In this document: positions 20,601 through 31,634 of the stretch, piece after piece
Layout: each line of letters opens with the position of its first letter
Numbering within the stretch: the stretch's first letter is position 1
From: a bacterium
GTDB lineage: Bacteria; Zhuqueibacterota; Zhuqueibacteria; Residuimicrobiales; Krinioviventaceae
Length of the DNA stretch: 64,000 bases
Assembly: GCA_963675755.2 (NCBI GenBank)
Contig: CAXXMD010000003.1
Coordinates: forward strand, 768,001-832,000
Reading direction: 5' to 3'
Translations under genes and position numbers: made by a program
The notes under the pieces: model-generated
What the model was told of the DNA's origin: nothing
Databases searched by the model: none
The model's input: the letters and a program-made list of their open reading frames with translations, nothing else

Positions 20601-21747
20601 GGTCATATCCACTGGGATAAGGCAACTGATCTGTATCATCATTTCCTGCTGAACTGATAACAAGCACATTATGCTGCCATGCGTAATCCATTACATCCTG
20701 TTCAATCTGGCTGTAACCGCCGCCACCCCAGCTCAGGTTCAAAATATTAGCGCCATTATCAACAGCATATACAATACCGTTATATCCCCAACCTATAGAT
20801 CCGGTACCACCCTGGTTCTGATACCCTGCTTTGATTGCCATAATAGAACAGCCCCAACCGGCGCCGGCAACACCAACACCATTGTTGGTAACAGCAGAAG
20901 AGATACCCGCAACATGGCTGCCGTGTCCATCAAAGTCTGTAGGATCATTATCCGGAACGGTACCATCTTCACCAACAGCAGGTTGACTGTCTTCAGCCCA
21001 ACTTGAAGGGACATCAACAAAGTCCCAACCGCGGAAATCATCAATATAACCATTATTATCATCATCAATATTGTTAATATCGGCAGCTGTGATCACACCA
21101 TCACCATTTGCATCTTCACCCATATTTTCCCAGATATGATCTGCAAGATCTTCATGGTTCCAGTCTACACCGGTATCAATTATACCAATAACAACATCAC
21201 TCGAACCTTGACCAACTTCCCAGGCTTCTTCAACATCTACAATGTCCCAATGGAACTGCTGAGAATATCTGGCATCATTGGGAACAACATGGGTATAGCG
21301 AATGATAACCGGTTCCGCATATTCAACAGCAGAATCAGATGAGAAATCCTGTGCAAGATCAACTACATTTTGATCAGCTGAAAATTGAATTTCATAGATT
21401 CGAGACAAGTCCACGAGATTTGCATCAACAGGTGCTGTTTTATTAGGGAATGCTTTGTCAATTTTTTGAACATTCCACTTGCTCATTTTGGCATCAATGG
21501 TTGGAATGCCCACAGAAGGACCGCTGGCTCCCTGACGATACAAGGCAGAACTCACATCTGACTTGAATTTAATCATCAATTTACCAGGCATATACTCAAT
21601 TTCCTGAGGTGTAGTATTAACCTGCCAGGCGGGTTGTGTGTAATTTCGATTGTTCAGTTTCATATCCTTGGCGGCTGACAGTGGCAAAACACCAACTACC
21701 AGTAACGCAAGAACAGCTACTAATAATAGTCTTGTTTTTTTCATCAT
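17665..21747 (-). CDS. Secreted multidomain S8 subtilase with FlgD/T9SS-A-like tail
   Basis: IIDTGVD, DDDNNGYIDDFRGWDF, GHGSHVAG, SAGN, SGTSQACP; QNYPNPFNP tail. Confidence 0.92.
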   Translation of the reverse strand: MMKKTRLLLVAVLALLVVGVLPLSAAKDMKLNNRNYTQPAWQVNTTPQEIEYMPGKLMIKFKSDVSSALYRQGASGPSVGIPTIDAKMSKWNVQKIDKAFPNKTAPVDANLVDLSRIYEIQFSADQNVVDLAQDFSSDSAVEYAEPVIIRYTHVVPNDARYSQQFHWDIVDVEEAWEVGQGSSDVVIGIIDTGVDWNHEDLADHIWENMGEDANGDGVITAADINNIDDDNNGYIDDFRGWDFVDVPSSWAEDSQPAVGEDGTVPDNDPTDFDGHGSHVAGISSAVTNNGVGVAGAGWGCSIMAIKAGYQNQGGTGSIGWGYNGIVYAVDNGANILNLSWGGGGYSQIEQDVMDYAWQHNVLVISSAGNDDTDQLPYPSGYDHVMNVAATIHDIDIKSSFSNYGEWVDICAPGTTIYSTLPGNRYGYLSGTSQACPVVVGIAGLVWANNPGWSSDRVALQLLETADPVDDRNPDYQGLLGSGRVNAYRALTESPSSVQVESFSFTDPTGNNDGIIDIGESINIFVELKSYLDNVSNVSISMSTENEYVTLSNTTISYGSIMKDQSVTNTTSPFVMTSSSDTPIGEYVSLKLDITGNDGAYKKTKFINVIIQPLYNNHNINNVDFTVTSFGIYGYNDYAETGQQFGTGFQYPKGTESALYMGAFCVAAAPDQVSDCAYGNASYDHYDWITSEGGNLKMGSADVSDQDGVAMFNDSRAENPIGLDVVQKSYAWNNSGDDDYVIIEYTLMNNTNEAMEDLYAGLFMDWDIDIAVDNLNTVGYDAETSLGYMTSSGANYYGVSVLYPEVASYRAIDHSQYLYDNALTDALKYQFMTEGMVVTASDYAYDWSNLISAGPFTLAPGELQVVSFAVLGGDDLADIKANAQAAHTKYNVLAPSSIVINHSPLKDTEDVANPYVVTADLTNSDGQVVSADLYWKTEGEETFSVVSMSAAIEDAWTANIPAQSEKQVQYYIKATDQVGRSSLSPNTAPVQSYSFYAGADNTAPVISDMTEIPDTFNAEGPFTVTATITDNLGVDDATVVIDYQLNEEEAQQVTMTANGDETYTAELTFSRNLTSGDQVSYTLTAKDLSTSANSVTSEPVVFSIVSTLLVDDFESELTKWDLGSVWETNFFSHQGNNSLTDSPLGFYEPNSQSVLTLVNGYDFSARSEITVSFYMIYILSDGDALYFEASRDGTNWQTLKTYTGESGYSWIEEQVSLNDYVGAGNENVQIRFNLVADGDNNVGDGVYLDDIYILADGVNAIDSQEESVPTEYSLMQNYPNPFNPVTTIAYELPKAGQVSIEIYSILGERIATLVDREHQAGRYKVVWNALNDNGVKVSSGVYFYKIKTESFVNVKKMILIK

Positions 21748-21781
21748 ACAGTTCCCCTGTATTAGGTTAGAGTTTAGTTAT

Positions 21782-24700
21782 TTATCTTAATAAGATCATT
21801 TTGTTAATTTTATTGAATGTACCTGATTTTAATTGGTAAAAATACACACCTGAAGCAGCCTGATTACCATTTGCGTCTTTACCATTCCAGACAAATTGGT
21901 GCGAGCCCGCATTCATGGAGGCATTTAACAATGTTGCTACTTTATGCCCCATTACATTATATATTGTCAATTCCGTATATTCTGACTGAGGCAAATCAAA
22001 AGATATAACCGTTTCCGGATTAAAAGGATTCGGGTAGTTTTGTTCCAGGCGAAATACTGTTGGAATATGATCAGCCTCAACATCATCTATCCCGGACGTT
22101 GAATTTTCTTTAAAACCGATATAATCAATATAAATTCCATCATCCGCAACTGTATCATCATCCAGTAAAAGTCTAAACCGGAAACGAACATTATCATTTC
22201 CCGGACCGGTATATTCTGTCATAGAAAAGGACTCTTTGATCCATTCATCGCCACCCTGGCCAGTATAAGCTTTAAAGGTTTGCCAGTCTATACCGTCACG
22301 TGTAACCTGAAGCAGGCATGAATCGCCTTCTTCCAGACCATATTTAACATAATATTGCAAAGCAATATCCATATTTTGAGAAAAATCATACCCAACCGTC
22401 AAAGCAGCATCTTCAGTATAATTGGACATTAAGGCATATGCATACATGTAAGCATAGGAATAATAACCTTCATAAGCAGTATAGCTATAATCCCAAACAT
22501 AACCGTTATCATAATCCCAAATGTCTCGATCATCTTCAAAGTCATCTACCAGTAAAAAATCAACAATATCAAAAGTAATTATATCGCTCAATGCATTATT
22601 GGCAGCAGTTGATATATCAAAAGCAGAGATATAATAACTGATTCGATCTCCAGTTACTAAAGCCCTGTCAAAAGTTAATTCAGCTGAAAATATTTCATTG
22701 GCCCCTTTATTCATTTTTTTATTAAACGGACCCTCTTCATTCAGATAGTAAATCAATTGAACATTTGTAGTATCGACACCAAAATTATCAGATATGCTTG
22801 ACTCTATAATAAAAGGCCCTTTAATCAGGGTATTTTCCAACTGTGTGATATCATTAATAACTGGCCGTATAGTATCCGCTCCAGCATAAAAGTGATATGA
22901 TAGTGCCGGAGCTGTTACAGGTGAAAAAGCCGATTGATCATTATCATTTTTAATACTGAAAAAATATTCTATTTCTTTATCATTTTGAGCAGGAATTTCT
23001 GCATACCATGTTTTTCCGCTTTTCAAATCCATGGGCAGCGTTTCAAATTGTGTTTCTCCTGCAATTCTCCAATACAACTCTGCAGCAGTAATATTTTCCG
23101 TTACACTAGAGAGATCTACCTGCACCGGATAGGGATTATCAATATTCTCAGTGTCAGGCAAGGGAGAAAAATCAATCGTTATATCATTTAACCAGCCAGA
23201 GAAATGCTTTTGTCTGGCAGCGGCAACATTGGCTTTAATATCACTTAGATCATTACCTCCCAATACTGCAAAAGCCACTTTTTTTACTTTTCCCGGAGCC
23301 AATGTAAATGGCCCGGCAGAAATTACATTTGCCCAGTCATGTGCTTCATTGCTCGAAATGATACTAAACCCTTGTGACAAATATTGATATTTCTGTTCAT
23401 CCTGAATCACTGAATATTCGCCTTGACCAAGATCAATTGCTCTGAATCCTGCGGTTTCAGGATACAAAACACACGTCCCGTAATAATTTGCACCATCAGC
23501 GGTCATATACCCCAGGTCGGATTCAAAGTCGTAATTCACGGAATTTAAATTCCCGGCTTCGTTTATAATATCCCAGTCCATATAGAGCCCCGCATAAAGA
23601 TCAGACAACTCTTCATCGCTGGTATTAACAAGGGTATATTCTAAAATTATATAGTCTTCGTCAACCGGATTATTCCAGGCAAAACTTTGTTGCAATACAG
23701 TCAAGCCCATAGAGAAACCATTTTCGGAATCATCAAAGAGCGCATTCCCATCCTGATCAGAAAAGTTGGTTTCATTAAACTCTAGTTCTCCACCATCAAC
23801 CGTAATCCAGTCATAATAACTGCCTGTACTGGAACAGTCGGCAACATTTTCAGAACTCGTACCCGCCCAAAATGAACCCGCTTGCAACGCATTCATGCTT
23901 CCCTTGGGATATTGAAATCCTTCACCCTGCTGTGTTTTGGTATTGGTACGATCATAGTAACCGTAAATACCAAAACCTGAAATTGAAAAATTGATATTAT
24001 TTATATTATGCGTTTTATACAGAGGGTTAATTGTAATTTTTTGGCTCTCTGTTCTTACATATTCTCCATCATTGCCCGAAATCTGTACCTCTAACAAAAC
24101 AGGATGGTCCTCCGGAGTATCCTGTGAGGCAGTCAAAACAAATGGGGCCATCAAATTTGATACAGATGCGTTTGTGGCGAGATTCCCAAAGTTTATATCT
24201 GAAACATCAATAGAAACATAAACATCCTGTGTAGTGATACTGACCAGAACATTCTCAACATCTTTATAACTGCTTTTCAGGGTCACAAATAATTCTATTG
24301 TTTCCCCACTATCAAAAACACCGTTTGAATTGCCTTTTGAATCATCCAGTGTAAAAGATTCCACTTTAATCATAGACGGCTCTTCTGTTAAAGCACGAAA
24401 AGCGTTTATCCTTCCGGCACCCAACATACCCCGGTAATCGGGATTCACATCATCAATGGGATCAGCGGTTGCAATCAACTGATCCGTAATCTGTTCAATA
24501 CTCCAATCCGGATGTTGTGACCATAGCAAACCAGCAATCCCGGCAACAAGTGGCGCTGCCATAGAAGTGCCGGATTTGTATCCATAACGATTGCCATTCA
24601 AGGTACTGTAAATAGAGGAGCCCGGTGCACTCAGGTCAATCCAATCACCATAGTTTGTAAAAGAATAAACCTGATCATTATCATTGCCGGTTCCGGCAAT

Positions 24701-25810
24701 ACTAAATACATGGTCATAACCCGGGGGGTAAATCGGAATTTCAGAGGCATCATTTCCTGCTGACGCTATACATAAAACCCCATGTTCCCAGGCGTAATTC
24801 ACCAGATCCTGATTTAACTTGCTATATCCTTCACCGCCCCAACTCATATTAATGATATTCGCGCCATTATCTACAGCGTAATAAATAGCTTTATAACCTT
24901 CATAGATATAACCTTCCATTGTTCCCCGAGCTACCCATCCACATTTTAATGGCATAATAGAACAGCCCCAACTTGCGCCAGCTATACCTATTCCATTTCC
25001 ACTTGTCGCTCCTGCAATACCTGCAACATGAGTTCCGTGACCGCCCATTCCCCATGGATCATTATCGGGATCTTTACCATCGGAACCATCCAAAGGCTGC
25101 CAGAAATCTGACCAGTCATCAGGGATATGCATAAAATCCCATCCTATGAAATCATCTATATAGCCATTATTATCATCATCAATATTGTTAATATCTGCTT
25201 CTGTTATTTTGCCATCGCCATTAATATCTTCACCCAAATTATTCCAGATACTCTCGAACAGGTCTTCATGATACCAGTCTACACCGTCATCAATAATAGC
25301 AATCACAATATCCCTGGAGCCTTTGCCAACATCCCAGGCTTTATCAAGCATTACTGTTTGTAAATAATTTTGGTTACCAAAATTGGGATCATAGGGAATT
25401 TCAAACTTTTTGTACAAATACACAGGTTCTGCATACTCTACATTCTCACATGCTGCAATATCAGCCGCAATTGCTGTAACATCAACATCAGCAGCAAATG
25501 ACAACTCGTAAACACAGGACAAATCAGTTTTTGATGTATCAAAGGGACGTTTAGCATTCGCAAAAGTTTTATCTGCTTGCTGAACATCCCAGTTTTTTAA
25601 TTTTGCGTTTATTAAAGCAAATTCAGCATTATTCCTGACAGATTTCGCAGGATCATAATTAAACTCACTGCTCCCGCTTTTGAATTTCACTACAATTTTA
25701 CCAGGTGCATAGAGGGACTGCTCTTGTGAGCTAGCCACACCAGTACCGTTTGCAGCCCAGACCTGCAATTGTGTAACCGTCAAAAATAAAACCAGAAATA
25801 ATTTTCTCAT
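21782..25810 (-). CDS. Secreted multidomain S8 subtilase, paralog of 17665-21747
   Basis: IIDDGVD, GHGTHVAG, SGTSMAAP; collinear domains with its neighbour; QNYPNPFNP tail. Confidence 0.92.
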   Translation of the reverse strand: MRKLFLVLFLTVTQLQVWAANGTGVASSQEQSLYAPGKIVVKFKSGSSEFNYDPAKSVRNNAEFALINAKLKNWDVQQADKTFANAKRPFDTSKTDLSCVYELSFAADVDVTAIAADIAACENVEYAEPVYLYKKFEIPYDPNFGNQNYLQTVMLDKAWDVGKGSRDIVIAIIDDGVDWYHEDLFESIWNNLGEDINGDGKITEADINNIDDDNNGYIDDFIGWDFMHIPDDWSDFWQPLDGSDGKDPDNDPWGMGGHGTHVAGIAGATSGNGIGIAGASWGCSIMPLKCGWVARGTMEGYIYEGYKAIYYAVDNGANIINMSWGGEGYSKLNQDLVNYAWEHGVLCIASAGNDASEIPIYPPGYDHVFSIAGTGNDNDQVYSFTNYGDWIDLSAPGSSIYSTLNGNRYGYKSGTSMAAPLVAGIAGLLWSQHPDWSIEQITDQLIATADPIDDVNPDYRGMLGAGRINAFRALTEEPSMIKVESFTLDDSKGNSNGVFDSGETIELFVTLKSSYKDVENVLVSITTQDVYVSIDVSDINFGNLATNASVSNLMAPFVLTASQDTPEDHPVLLEVQISGNDGEYVRTESQKITINPLYKTHNINNINFSISGFGIYGYYDRTNTKTQQGEGFQYPKGSMNALQAGSFWAGTSSENVADCSSTGSYYDWITVDGGELEFNETNFSDQDGNALFDDSENGFSMGLTVLQQSFAWNNPVDEDYIILEYTLVNTSDEELSDLYAGLYMDWDIINEAGNLNSVNYDFESDLGYMTADGANYYGTCVLYPETAGFRAIDLGQGEYSVIQDEQKYQYLSQGFSIISSNEAHDWANVISAGPFTLAPGKVKKVAFAVLGGNDLSDIKANVAAARQKHFSGWLNDITIDFSPLPDTENIDNPYPVQVDLSSVTENITAAELYWRIAGETQFETLPMDLKSGKTWYAEIPAQNDKEIEYFFSIKNDNDQSAFSPVTAPALSYHFYAGADTIRPVINDITQLENTLIKGPFIIESSISDNFGVDTTNVQLIYYLNEEGPFNKKMNKGANEIFSAELTFDRALVTGDRISYYISAFDISTAANNALSDIITFDIVDFLLVDDFEDDRDIWDYDNGYVWDYSYTAYEGYYSYAYMYAYALMSNYTEDAALTVGYDFSQNMDIALQYYVKYGLEEGDSCLLQVTRDGIDWQTFKAYTGQGGDEWIKESFSMTEYTGPGNDNVRFRFRLLLDDDTVADDGIYIDYIGFKENSTSGIDDVEADHIPTVFRLEQNYPNPFNPETVISFDLPQSEYTELTIYNVMGHKVATLLNASMNAGSHQFVWNGKDANGNQAASGVYFYQLKSGTFNKINKMILLR

Positions 25811-25815
25811 AAGCC

Positions 25816-28623
25816 TTATCGAACCAGAACCATTTTTCTCAATTCATTAAATGTACCCGACTGCAACTTGTAAAAGTATACACCGGATGCTGCATTGTTG
25901 CCATATTGATCACGACCATCCCATATTGTTTGATGTTGGCCAGCCTGCAATTCAGTATCGGTTAATGTTGCAACCTCATGACCCAAAATATTATAGATCT
26001 TGATGGTTGTTTTGCCAGGTTTAGCCAATTCAAAAGCAATCGTCGTTTCCGGATTAAACGGATTGGGATAATTCTGCATCAACTGGTAAGAGGAAACAAT
26101 TTTTTCAGTTTTGTCATCTACGCTGACGGGTACATTATTTACGGCACCCTGCAGCCAGTCAATAACATTTCCCATAACTTCTTTACGGGTAATATTATCT
26201 GTACCAAACTCGTTTATTGCTTCAAAACTGAATGACAAATAAACCAGTTTGTAATCACCTTTATATTTAATACCGGCTGCCTTGCCCATCAAGCCAGTAC
26301 CAAAATATTCAAAAACATTGCTAGAGGGTTCAATGGGTTCAATGATATCAGGAGATGTATTGTTATTTGCTCCATTACCTTCCGATGCAAAAAAGTAGGG
26401 TGTAAAGTCCTGAGATATAACTTCATCACTCACACCACGCATTAATTTTTGAGGAGCATCAGTCGCTACATCCTGCACATAGTTGGCATGTAAATAGGTC
26501 TTATAAAAAGCCATAGATTCTTCAGTTCCGGTTTCAACCAGATCAAATCCGGCATTTTGACTGATCAGAAAAACATCTCCTCCAATATCCATAAAAGAGG
26601 CCAAAGCCTGTTGTTCTTCTGCATTCAACGTGTTTGCCTGACTACCGGTAAACCAGATAACCGTACCATACTCTGCCAGAACGTCTTGACCGGGTACACC
26701 TGATGTGTACACCCGCCAGGAATCATAATAGTTGATATCAAGCGCATCAAGTGCATTTTCATAGTATTCAATAATACGGACTAAATTTTCATCCATCTCA
26801 CCTCTTGAATCATCAACCAGCAATATATAGATATTCTCCATCATGATCACAATATCGAACTGATTGGTATATCCGTTATCTGCTGTCAGACTCAATCTAC
26901 ATTTCACAGGATGAACGATTGCATCTTCAGATGCAGTTATAGTCATCATATCATCCGTATTTTCAATGGTATTATCTTCCAGAATAACAGGATAGACTGC
27001 TGTGGAATCAGATATAGTAATAGAAGGATCATCTGTACTCAAAACGATGCTTACATTATTTGCAGTTTCACCATAATTTTCAAGCTTGAATGTCAAAGTG
27101 CCGGTTTCACCCGGATCAAGAAATCCATTCCCGTCACCGCTTGCATCATCCAAAGTATAGGTAATATAATCAATATCCCGGGCGTTTACTTGCAGGTCAG
27201 CATACATGGAATCACCAGGATCACTAATATTTGAAACAGCTACTTTGGTAATGGCTTCATCATAATCCAGACTGTTCGGATTGCTTGTACGGTTAAAGGT
27301 ACGATTGTTAGACGTTCCGGGATAAATATCACCGGCATCGCCCCGGTTTCTGCCATAATCCAGATCAAACAAACCATCCGCAGCTTCCAGGTCTACCAGC
27401 TTGTGAAATTCATCATCATTTTGGCCGTATACAGTATTGTCTACATGCCAAACCAGAATTCCTGAACCTTCTAATGTACCATCAAAACCTTTTTGTTGAC
27501 GATTTTCAATCAAAAAGTATTCTTTACCAATATTTCCACCGCCACCCTGGGCAGAAGAATATACATAAGGTTCAACCTCACCTTTGGTCCAGAGTTTATA
27601 TACAACGTCGGTATCTTCAACCGCAGGAATCAGTTTATTGTACTCATTTTCTTCAATCATGATGGGTTCAATCCAGCCCATTACCTCTTTACACCATGCA
27701 CTCATATGCGCGGGAGAGTAAGAAGAACTTCCGTCACCACCATATGATCCACCAGCCATCAAACACCAGTTACCTACACCTTCAGAAGTTTCCGCGGGAT
27801 CTTCATCGCGGTCATACAAATCCGGTAATCCCAGTGCGTGTCCAAACTCGTGACAAAAAACACCAATCTCTATCATATTACCGCTTGAAACTGCAGGTTG
27901 GATGATATAATCATTAATGCGGATAAAGCCGCCATTTACAGAAGCATCGTTGGTCACAAAGGGACCATTTCCATAGTATTGATAAGACCAGGAGTGAGAC
28001 CAGATTCCCGGGCCGCCGGCCTCGCCACCAGCACCGGAATGGATAATAGCAATAGTATCTACATATCCATCATCATCGCCAGAATTTGGAATGCCATCGG
28101 GACCATCATTGTCAAACTGGCCATAATCTACTGAATCATCAGAAGCCTGGAACAATTCAAGCAAAAACTCTCCGGTGTGATTATTTTCTCTTTCATAATA
28201 ATCAAAGGTGCCGCTTACCTGGTACCAGCCATAAACCTCTCCGGTCAGATCAAACTGACCATAAGAAATCTCGTTATAATAGTCACGCATTGAACCGGTA
28301 TCCCATTCACCAAACAACTGGTTTTGCATATCCTCTGCATCCCATTCGAGTGTTGCGTCAGAATATTGACCACACAAAACCGGTATACTGGCATGTAGAA
28401 AAGGAGCTGTGTAATCAGCCGTGCGTTGTGTTTTTGCCAGTTCTTTTTGTTTTTTAAATCTTTCAACTTGAGGAACAAAGCCTTTGGAAGGCATATAATA
28501 TGATGGATTGCTCTTGATATTATTCAACATATCTGCAGGAATTTGTACACCTTTTTGGGGTGGAGCAATTGCCCATGCAGCCATAGAAAATATGGCTAAT
28601 AAAAGAACAGTTAATTTTTTCAT
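25816..28623 (-). CDS. M6 family (immune inhibitor A-like) metalloprotease with FlgD/T9SS-A-like tail
   Basis: YYNEISYG, IIHSGAG, IWSHSW, HEFGHALGLPDLYD, WCLMAGGS, EYFLIENRQ. Confidence 0.92.
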   Translation of the reverse strand: MKKLTVLLLAIFSMAAWAIAPPQKGVQIPADMLNNIKSNPSYYMPSKGFVPQVERFKKQKELAKTQRTADYTAPFLHASIPVLCGQYSDATLEWDAEDMQNQLFGEWDTGSMRDYYNEISYGQFDLTGEVYGWYQVSGTFDYYERENNHTGEFLLELFQASDDSVDYGQFDNDGPDGIPNSGDDDGYVDTIAIIHSGAGGEAGGPGIWSHSWSYQYYGNGPFVTNDASVNGGFIRINDYIIQPAVSSGNMIEIGVFCHEFGHALGLPDLYDRDEDPAETSEGVGNWCLMAGGSYGGDGSSSYSPAHMSAWCKEVMGWIEPIMIEENEYNKLIPAVEDTDVVYKLWTKGEVEPYVYSSAQGGGGNIGKEYFLIENRQQKGFDGTLEGSGILVWHVDNTVYGQNDDEFHKLVDLEAADGLFDLDYGRNRGDAGDIYPGTSNNRTFNRTSNPNSLDYDEAITKVAVSNISDPGDSMYADLQVNARDIDYITYTLDDASGDGNGFLDPGETGTLTFKLENYGETANNVSIVLSTDDPSITISDSTAVYPVILEDNTIENTDDMMTITASEDAIVHPVKCRLSLTADNGYTNQFDIVIMMENIYILLVDDSRGEMDENLVRIIEYYENALDALDINYYDSWRVYTSGVPGQDVLAEYGTVIWFTGSQANTLNAEEQQALASFMDIGGDVFLISQNAGFDLVETGTEESMAFYKTYLHANYVQDVATDAPQKLMRGVSDEVISQDFTPYFFASEGNGANNNTSPDIIEPIEPSSNVFEYFGTGLMGKAAGIKYKGDYKLVYLSFSFEAINEFGTDNITRKEVMGNVIDWLQGAVNNVPVSVDDKTEKIVSSYQLMQNYPNPFNPETTIAFELAKPGKTTIKIYNILGHEVATLTDTELQAGQHQTIWDGRDQYGNNAASGVYFYKLQSGTFNELRKMVLVR

Positions 28624-28684
28624 TCGTTCGTTACCTTTATATTTACATAATCAGACAATTCTACCGAATTTATAATATAATAAT

Positions 28685-31465
28685 TTATTTAACCAATGCC
28701 ATCTTTTTTATTTTCCTTTCCCCGTTTATGTTTAAAACGCTAAAGTACACGCCGGTTGGCAAAACTTTGTTCTGATCATTTCGGCCATCCCACTGAACTG
28801 AATACTCTCCAGGTGCCTGACGGGTTTGAACCAGAGTTCGAACCTTTTTGCCCGTCACATCATAAATTGATAAATTTGTTAAACTGGTTTTGTCTATTTT
28901 ATAGCGAATTTGAGTTTCCCCATTAAAAGGATTAGGATAATTATTATACAACTTGAAACTTTTTATAGTTTCACTATTTTCCACCTGTGTATCAGTTGTT
29001 GACCCGTCACCGCTTTTTAACCAATCCACAATATTTTTCATCAGTAATGCTCTGTGCTCTGCGGCATCATTTCCCACTCCTACTGCCTCAAATCCAAATG
29101 CAAGATACACCAGACGATAACGGCCATCATATGTTATTGCCGAGCACCCCTCAGGAAAAGATGGATCATTGTAATAAAACAAGGGCTTTGACAAAGAATC
29201 CGGGCGTATAATACTGGGAGATTCAAGCATATCGGAAGCCAGTTCAATGTATGGAACAAAATCCCCTGAAACAGCATTTCCGGGAATGCCCTCAATTCGC
29301 AACCCTGTCGTATCTGGGACCGATTCACTAACCAGATCTGCGTGCATCCAGTCTGTAAAAAATTGGGGTGCCAACGGATCAAGTTCTGATAGCAAATGCG
29401 AACCAAAGTTTTCACCAGAAAGCAATACCTTTCCACCCAAATACATAATGTTTCTAAAATTAGCCATCTCGTAGGATGTCAACGTATACCCCTTTGTGCC
29501 GGTAAACCAGATGACAATATCATATTCCCACATCACCATGCGAGTGGGATTCATTAGCTCCAGTACACTCCAAACATCATATTCAACATCACCCATCTGG
29601 TCCAATGCTTCTGTATAGTAATCGAGAATCCGATTGCCATTATCATCTGTCTCGTCACTACTGTCATCAACCAGAAAGATGCGTCGCTTTTCCATATTGA
29701 CTGTAAAACTCAACTGCGATGTATAGCCGTCACTGGTTTCAAAATCCAAATTAAACTGAATTGGATGTATGGGAGAATCTTTAGCCACGGAAACAACAAA
29801 ATAATTCAGCTTGTTACCCAAAACATCATCTTTAACAATTCGGGTATAGCGACCGGTTTCGTCATTCACCGTAACATAGGGATCGTCAGATGACAACGTT
29901 GCATCTACCCATTCTACTGTCATACCATTATTTTGGAGGTATACATACAATCCAATATTATCATCACCAGGAAGTAATATATTATCCAGATCAGACTTGT
30001 TGGTTAAATCAAAACGATCAAATGTCAAATCAGGAGTTATTGTATGCAGATCCGCTACAATGTCTTCACCGGATTCAAAAACATTATATGTGGCTGTTCT
30101 ACTGGTATTACCATCATACAACAAGCTATTAGGTGTTGTATAACGGGTAAAAGAATGTATTACATTTCTCCCCGGAAAAGGATCACCACTGTCACCATTG
30201 CTTTCTTTATTATCAAGTTGGCCTAATCCATCTGCCTCTTCAAGATCAACCAGCCGATGTACATCATTGGTATTTCCATAATAATCTGAAACGGTATGAT
30301 CAATATGCCAAACAAGCAACCCGCTTCCCGGCAAACCACTGTCAAACCCTTTTTGCTGACGATTTTCAATTAAAAAATACTCTTTATCCACATTTTCATA
30401 ATAACCCAGATGATTTTCATACACATAGCTTTCCAACTCGCCATTGTTCATCAACTTGTAAGCGACAGGAGATTCTTCAATTGGAGGTATGGTCTGGTCG
30501 TAAACATTACCAGCCAGAACAACCGGCTCTAACCAACCCAAACGCTCTTTGCACCATGCACTCAAGTGTACCGGACGCTCGGGAGATCGCCTGTCTCCAC
30601 CCCATGACCCACTACCCATAAGACACCAAACCCCAACACCCATAGAGCTGTAATCCAGGTCGTACAAATCCGGCAGCATAAACGCATGCCCCAATTCATG
30701 CGCCGCGACACCAATTTCTACCATACCATCACGTTGTACAGCAGGTATAATCAAATAATCATCAATATAAACAGGTTTATTATTAGCCCTTACATCCCGT
30801 GTTTCAAAAGGTGATCCTGTGTAAAAGCTGTAATTCAAAAAATGAGACCATATCTCAGGTCCCCCGGTTTCCTCAGCACCTTTTCCGGAATGAACAACAA
30901 AAACAACATCAACAAATCCATCATCATCACCCGAATTGGGTATATTGTCAGGACCGTCATTATCATACATTCCAAAGTCAACAGAATCATCCATCATGGT
31001 AAACAATTCAGTCAACAGATCACCCATATTGGAATTTTCTCTGTCATAATATTGAGCAGGATGCGTCACCTGACTCCATCCGTAAACCTGGCCATCTATG
31101 TTCAATGCTCCATAAGAATTTTCCAGATAATAATCTTTCAAAGACCCGGATTCCCACTCGCCAAAAAACTTTTGCTGTAGCTGTTCTGTTTCCCACTCTG
31201 TTTCATAAATATCAGAATACTGTGCACACAACACAGGAATGTACAACCTGGCAGGGTTGTCAACATCTCGTGCCTGGTTAGTCAGAATATCAGATGATGC
31301 AGATTTGTGAATAGATAATGGATGTTTGGGACTGGAATACAGGGCCGGATTCTCATTCAGCGCTTGCTGTATATCCAGAGGAAATGTTGCTAACGGATCT
31401 TGAGGAGGAACGATAGCAAAAACTGGCAATGCAAAGAATAATAAAATCGTTATAAAATATTTCAT
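28685..31465 (-). CDS. M6 family metalloprotease, paralog of 25816-28623
   Basis: HELGHAFMLPDLYD, WCLMGSGSW, EYFLIENRQ; the signal peptide begins at ATG 31465 (MKYFITILLFF). Confidence 0.92.
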   Translation of the reverse strand: MKYFITILLFFALPVFAIVPPQDPLATFPLDIQQALNENPALYSSPKHPLSIHKSASSDILTNQARDVDNPARLYIPVLCAQYSDIYETEWETEQLQQKFFGEWESGSLKDYYLENSYGALNIDGQVYGWSQVTHPAQYYDRENSNMGDLLTELFTMMDDSVDFGMYDNDGPDNIPNSGDDDGFVDVVFVVHSGKGAEETGGPEIWSHFLNYSFYTGSPFETRDVRANNKPVYIDDYLIIPAVQRDGMVEIGVAAHELGHAFMLPDLYDLDYSSMGVGVWCLMGSGSWGGDRRSPERPVHLSAWCKERLGWLEPVVLAGNVYDQTIPPIEESPVAYKLMNNGELESYVYENHLGYYENVDKEYFLIENRQQKGFDSGLPGSGLLVWHIDHTVSDYYGNTNDVHRLVDLEEADGLGQLDNKESNGDSGDPFPGRNVIHSFTRYTTPNSLLYDGNTSRTATYNVFESGEDIVADLHTITPDLTFDRFDLTNKSDLDNILLPGDDNIGLYVYLQNNGMTVEWVDATLSSDDPYVTVNDETGRYTRIVKDDVLGNKLNYFVVSVAKDSPIHPIQFNLDFETSDGYTSQLSFTVNMEKRRIFLVDDSSDETDDNGNRILDYYTEALDQMGDVEYDVWSVLELMNPTRMVMWEYDIVIWFTGTKGYTLTSYEMANFRNIMYLGGKVLLSGENFGSHLLSELDPLAPQFFTDWMHADLVSESVPDTTGLRIEGIPGNAVSGDFVPYIELASDMLESPSIIRPDSLSKPLFYYNDPSFPEGCSAITYDGRYRLVYLAFGFEAVGVGNDAAEHRALLMKNIVDWLKSGDGSTTDTQVENSETIKSFKLYNNYPNPFNGETQIRYKIDKTSLTNLSIYDVTGKKVRTLVQTRQAPGEYSVQWDGRNDQNKVLPTGVYFSVLNINGERKIKKMALVK

Positions 31466-31488
31466 AATCAGTTCAATAAATTCTTTCC

Positions 31489-31517
31489 ATTTTATTAATA
31501 CAAAAATTTTCAATCAA
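31489..31517 (-). promoter_or_regulatory. Putative promoter of the protease unit
   Basis: TTGATT-17nt-TAAAAT on the minus strand; AT-rich context lowers specificity. Confidence 0.45.
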
Positions 31518-31542
31518 AACAAACAATATTTTAAGATTTTAA

Positions 31543-31571
31543 TTGACATTTATTAAAATTATAATTATTCT
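31543..31571 (+). promoter_or_regulatory. Putative promoter of the TBDR-lipoprotein unit
   Basis: TTGACA-17nt-TATTCT, ~65 nt upstream of ATG 31635. Confidence 0.6.
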
Positions 31572-31634
31572 AGATTAACAGGCGCGTTAACTCACTTTAT
31601 TTCCATATCATAACATAAAAATCAGGAAAACCTC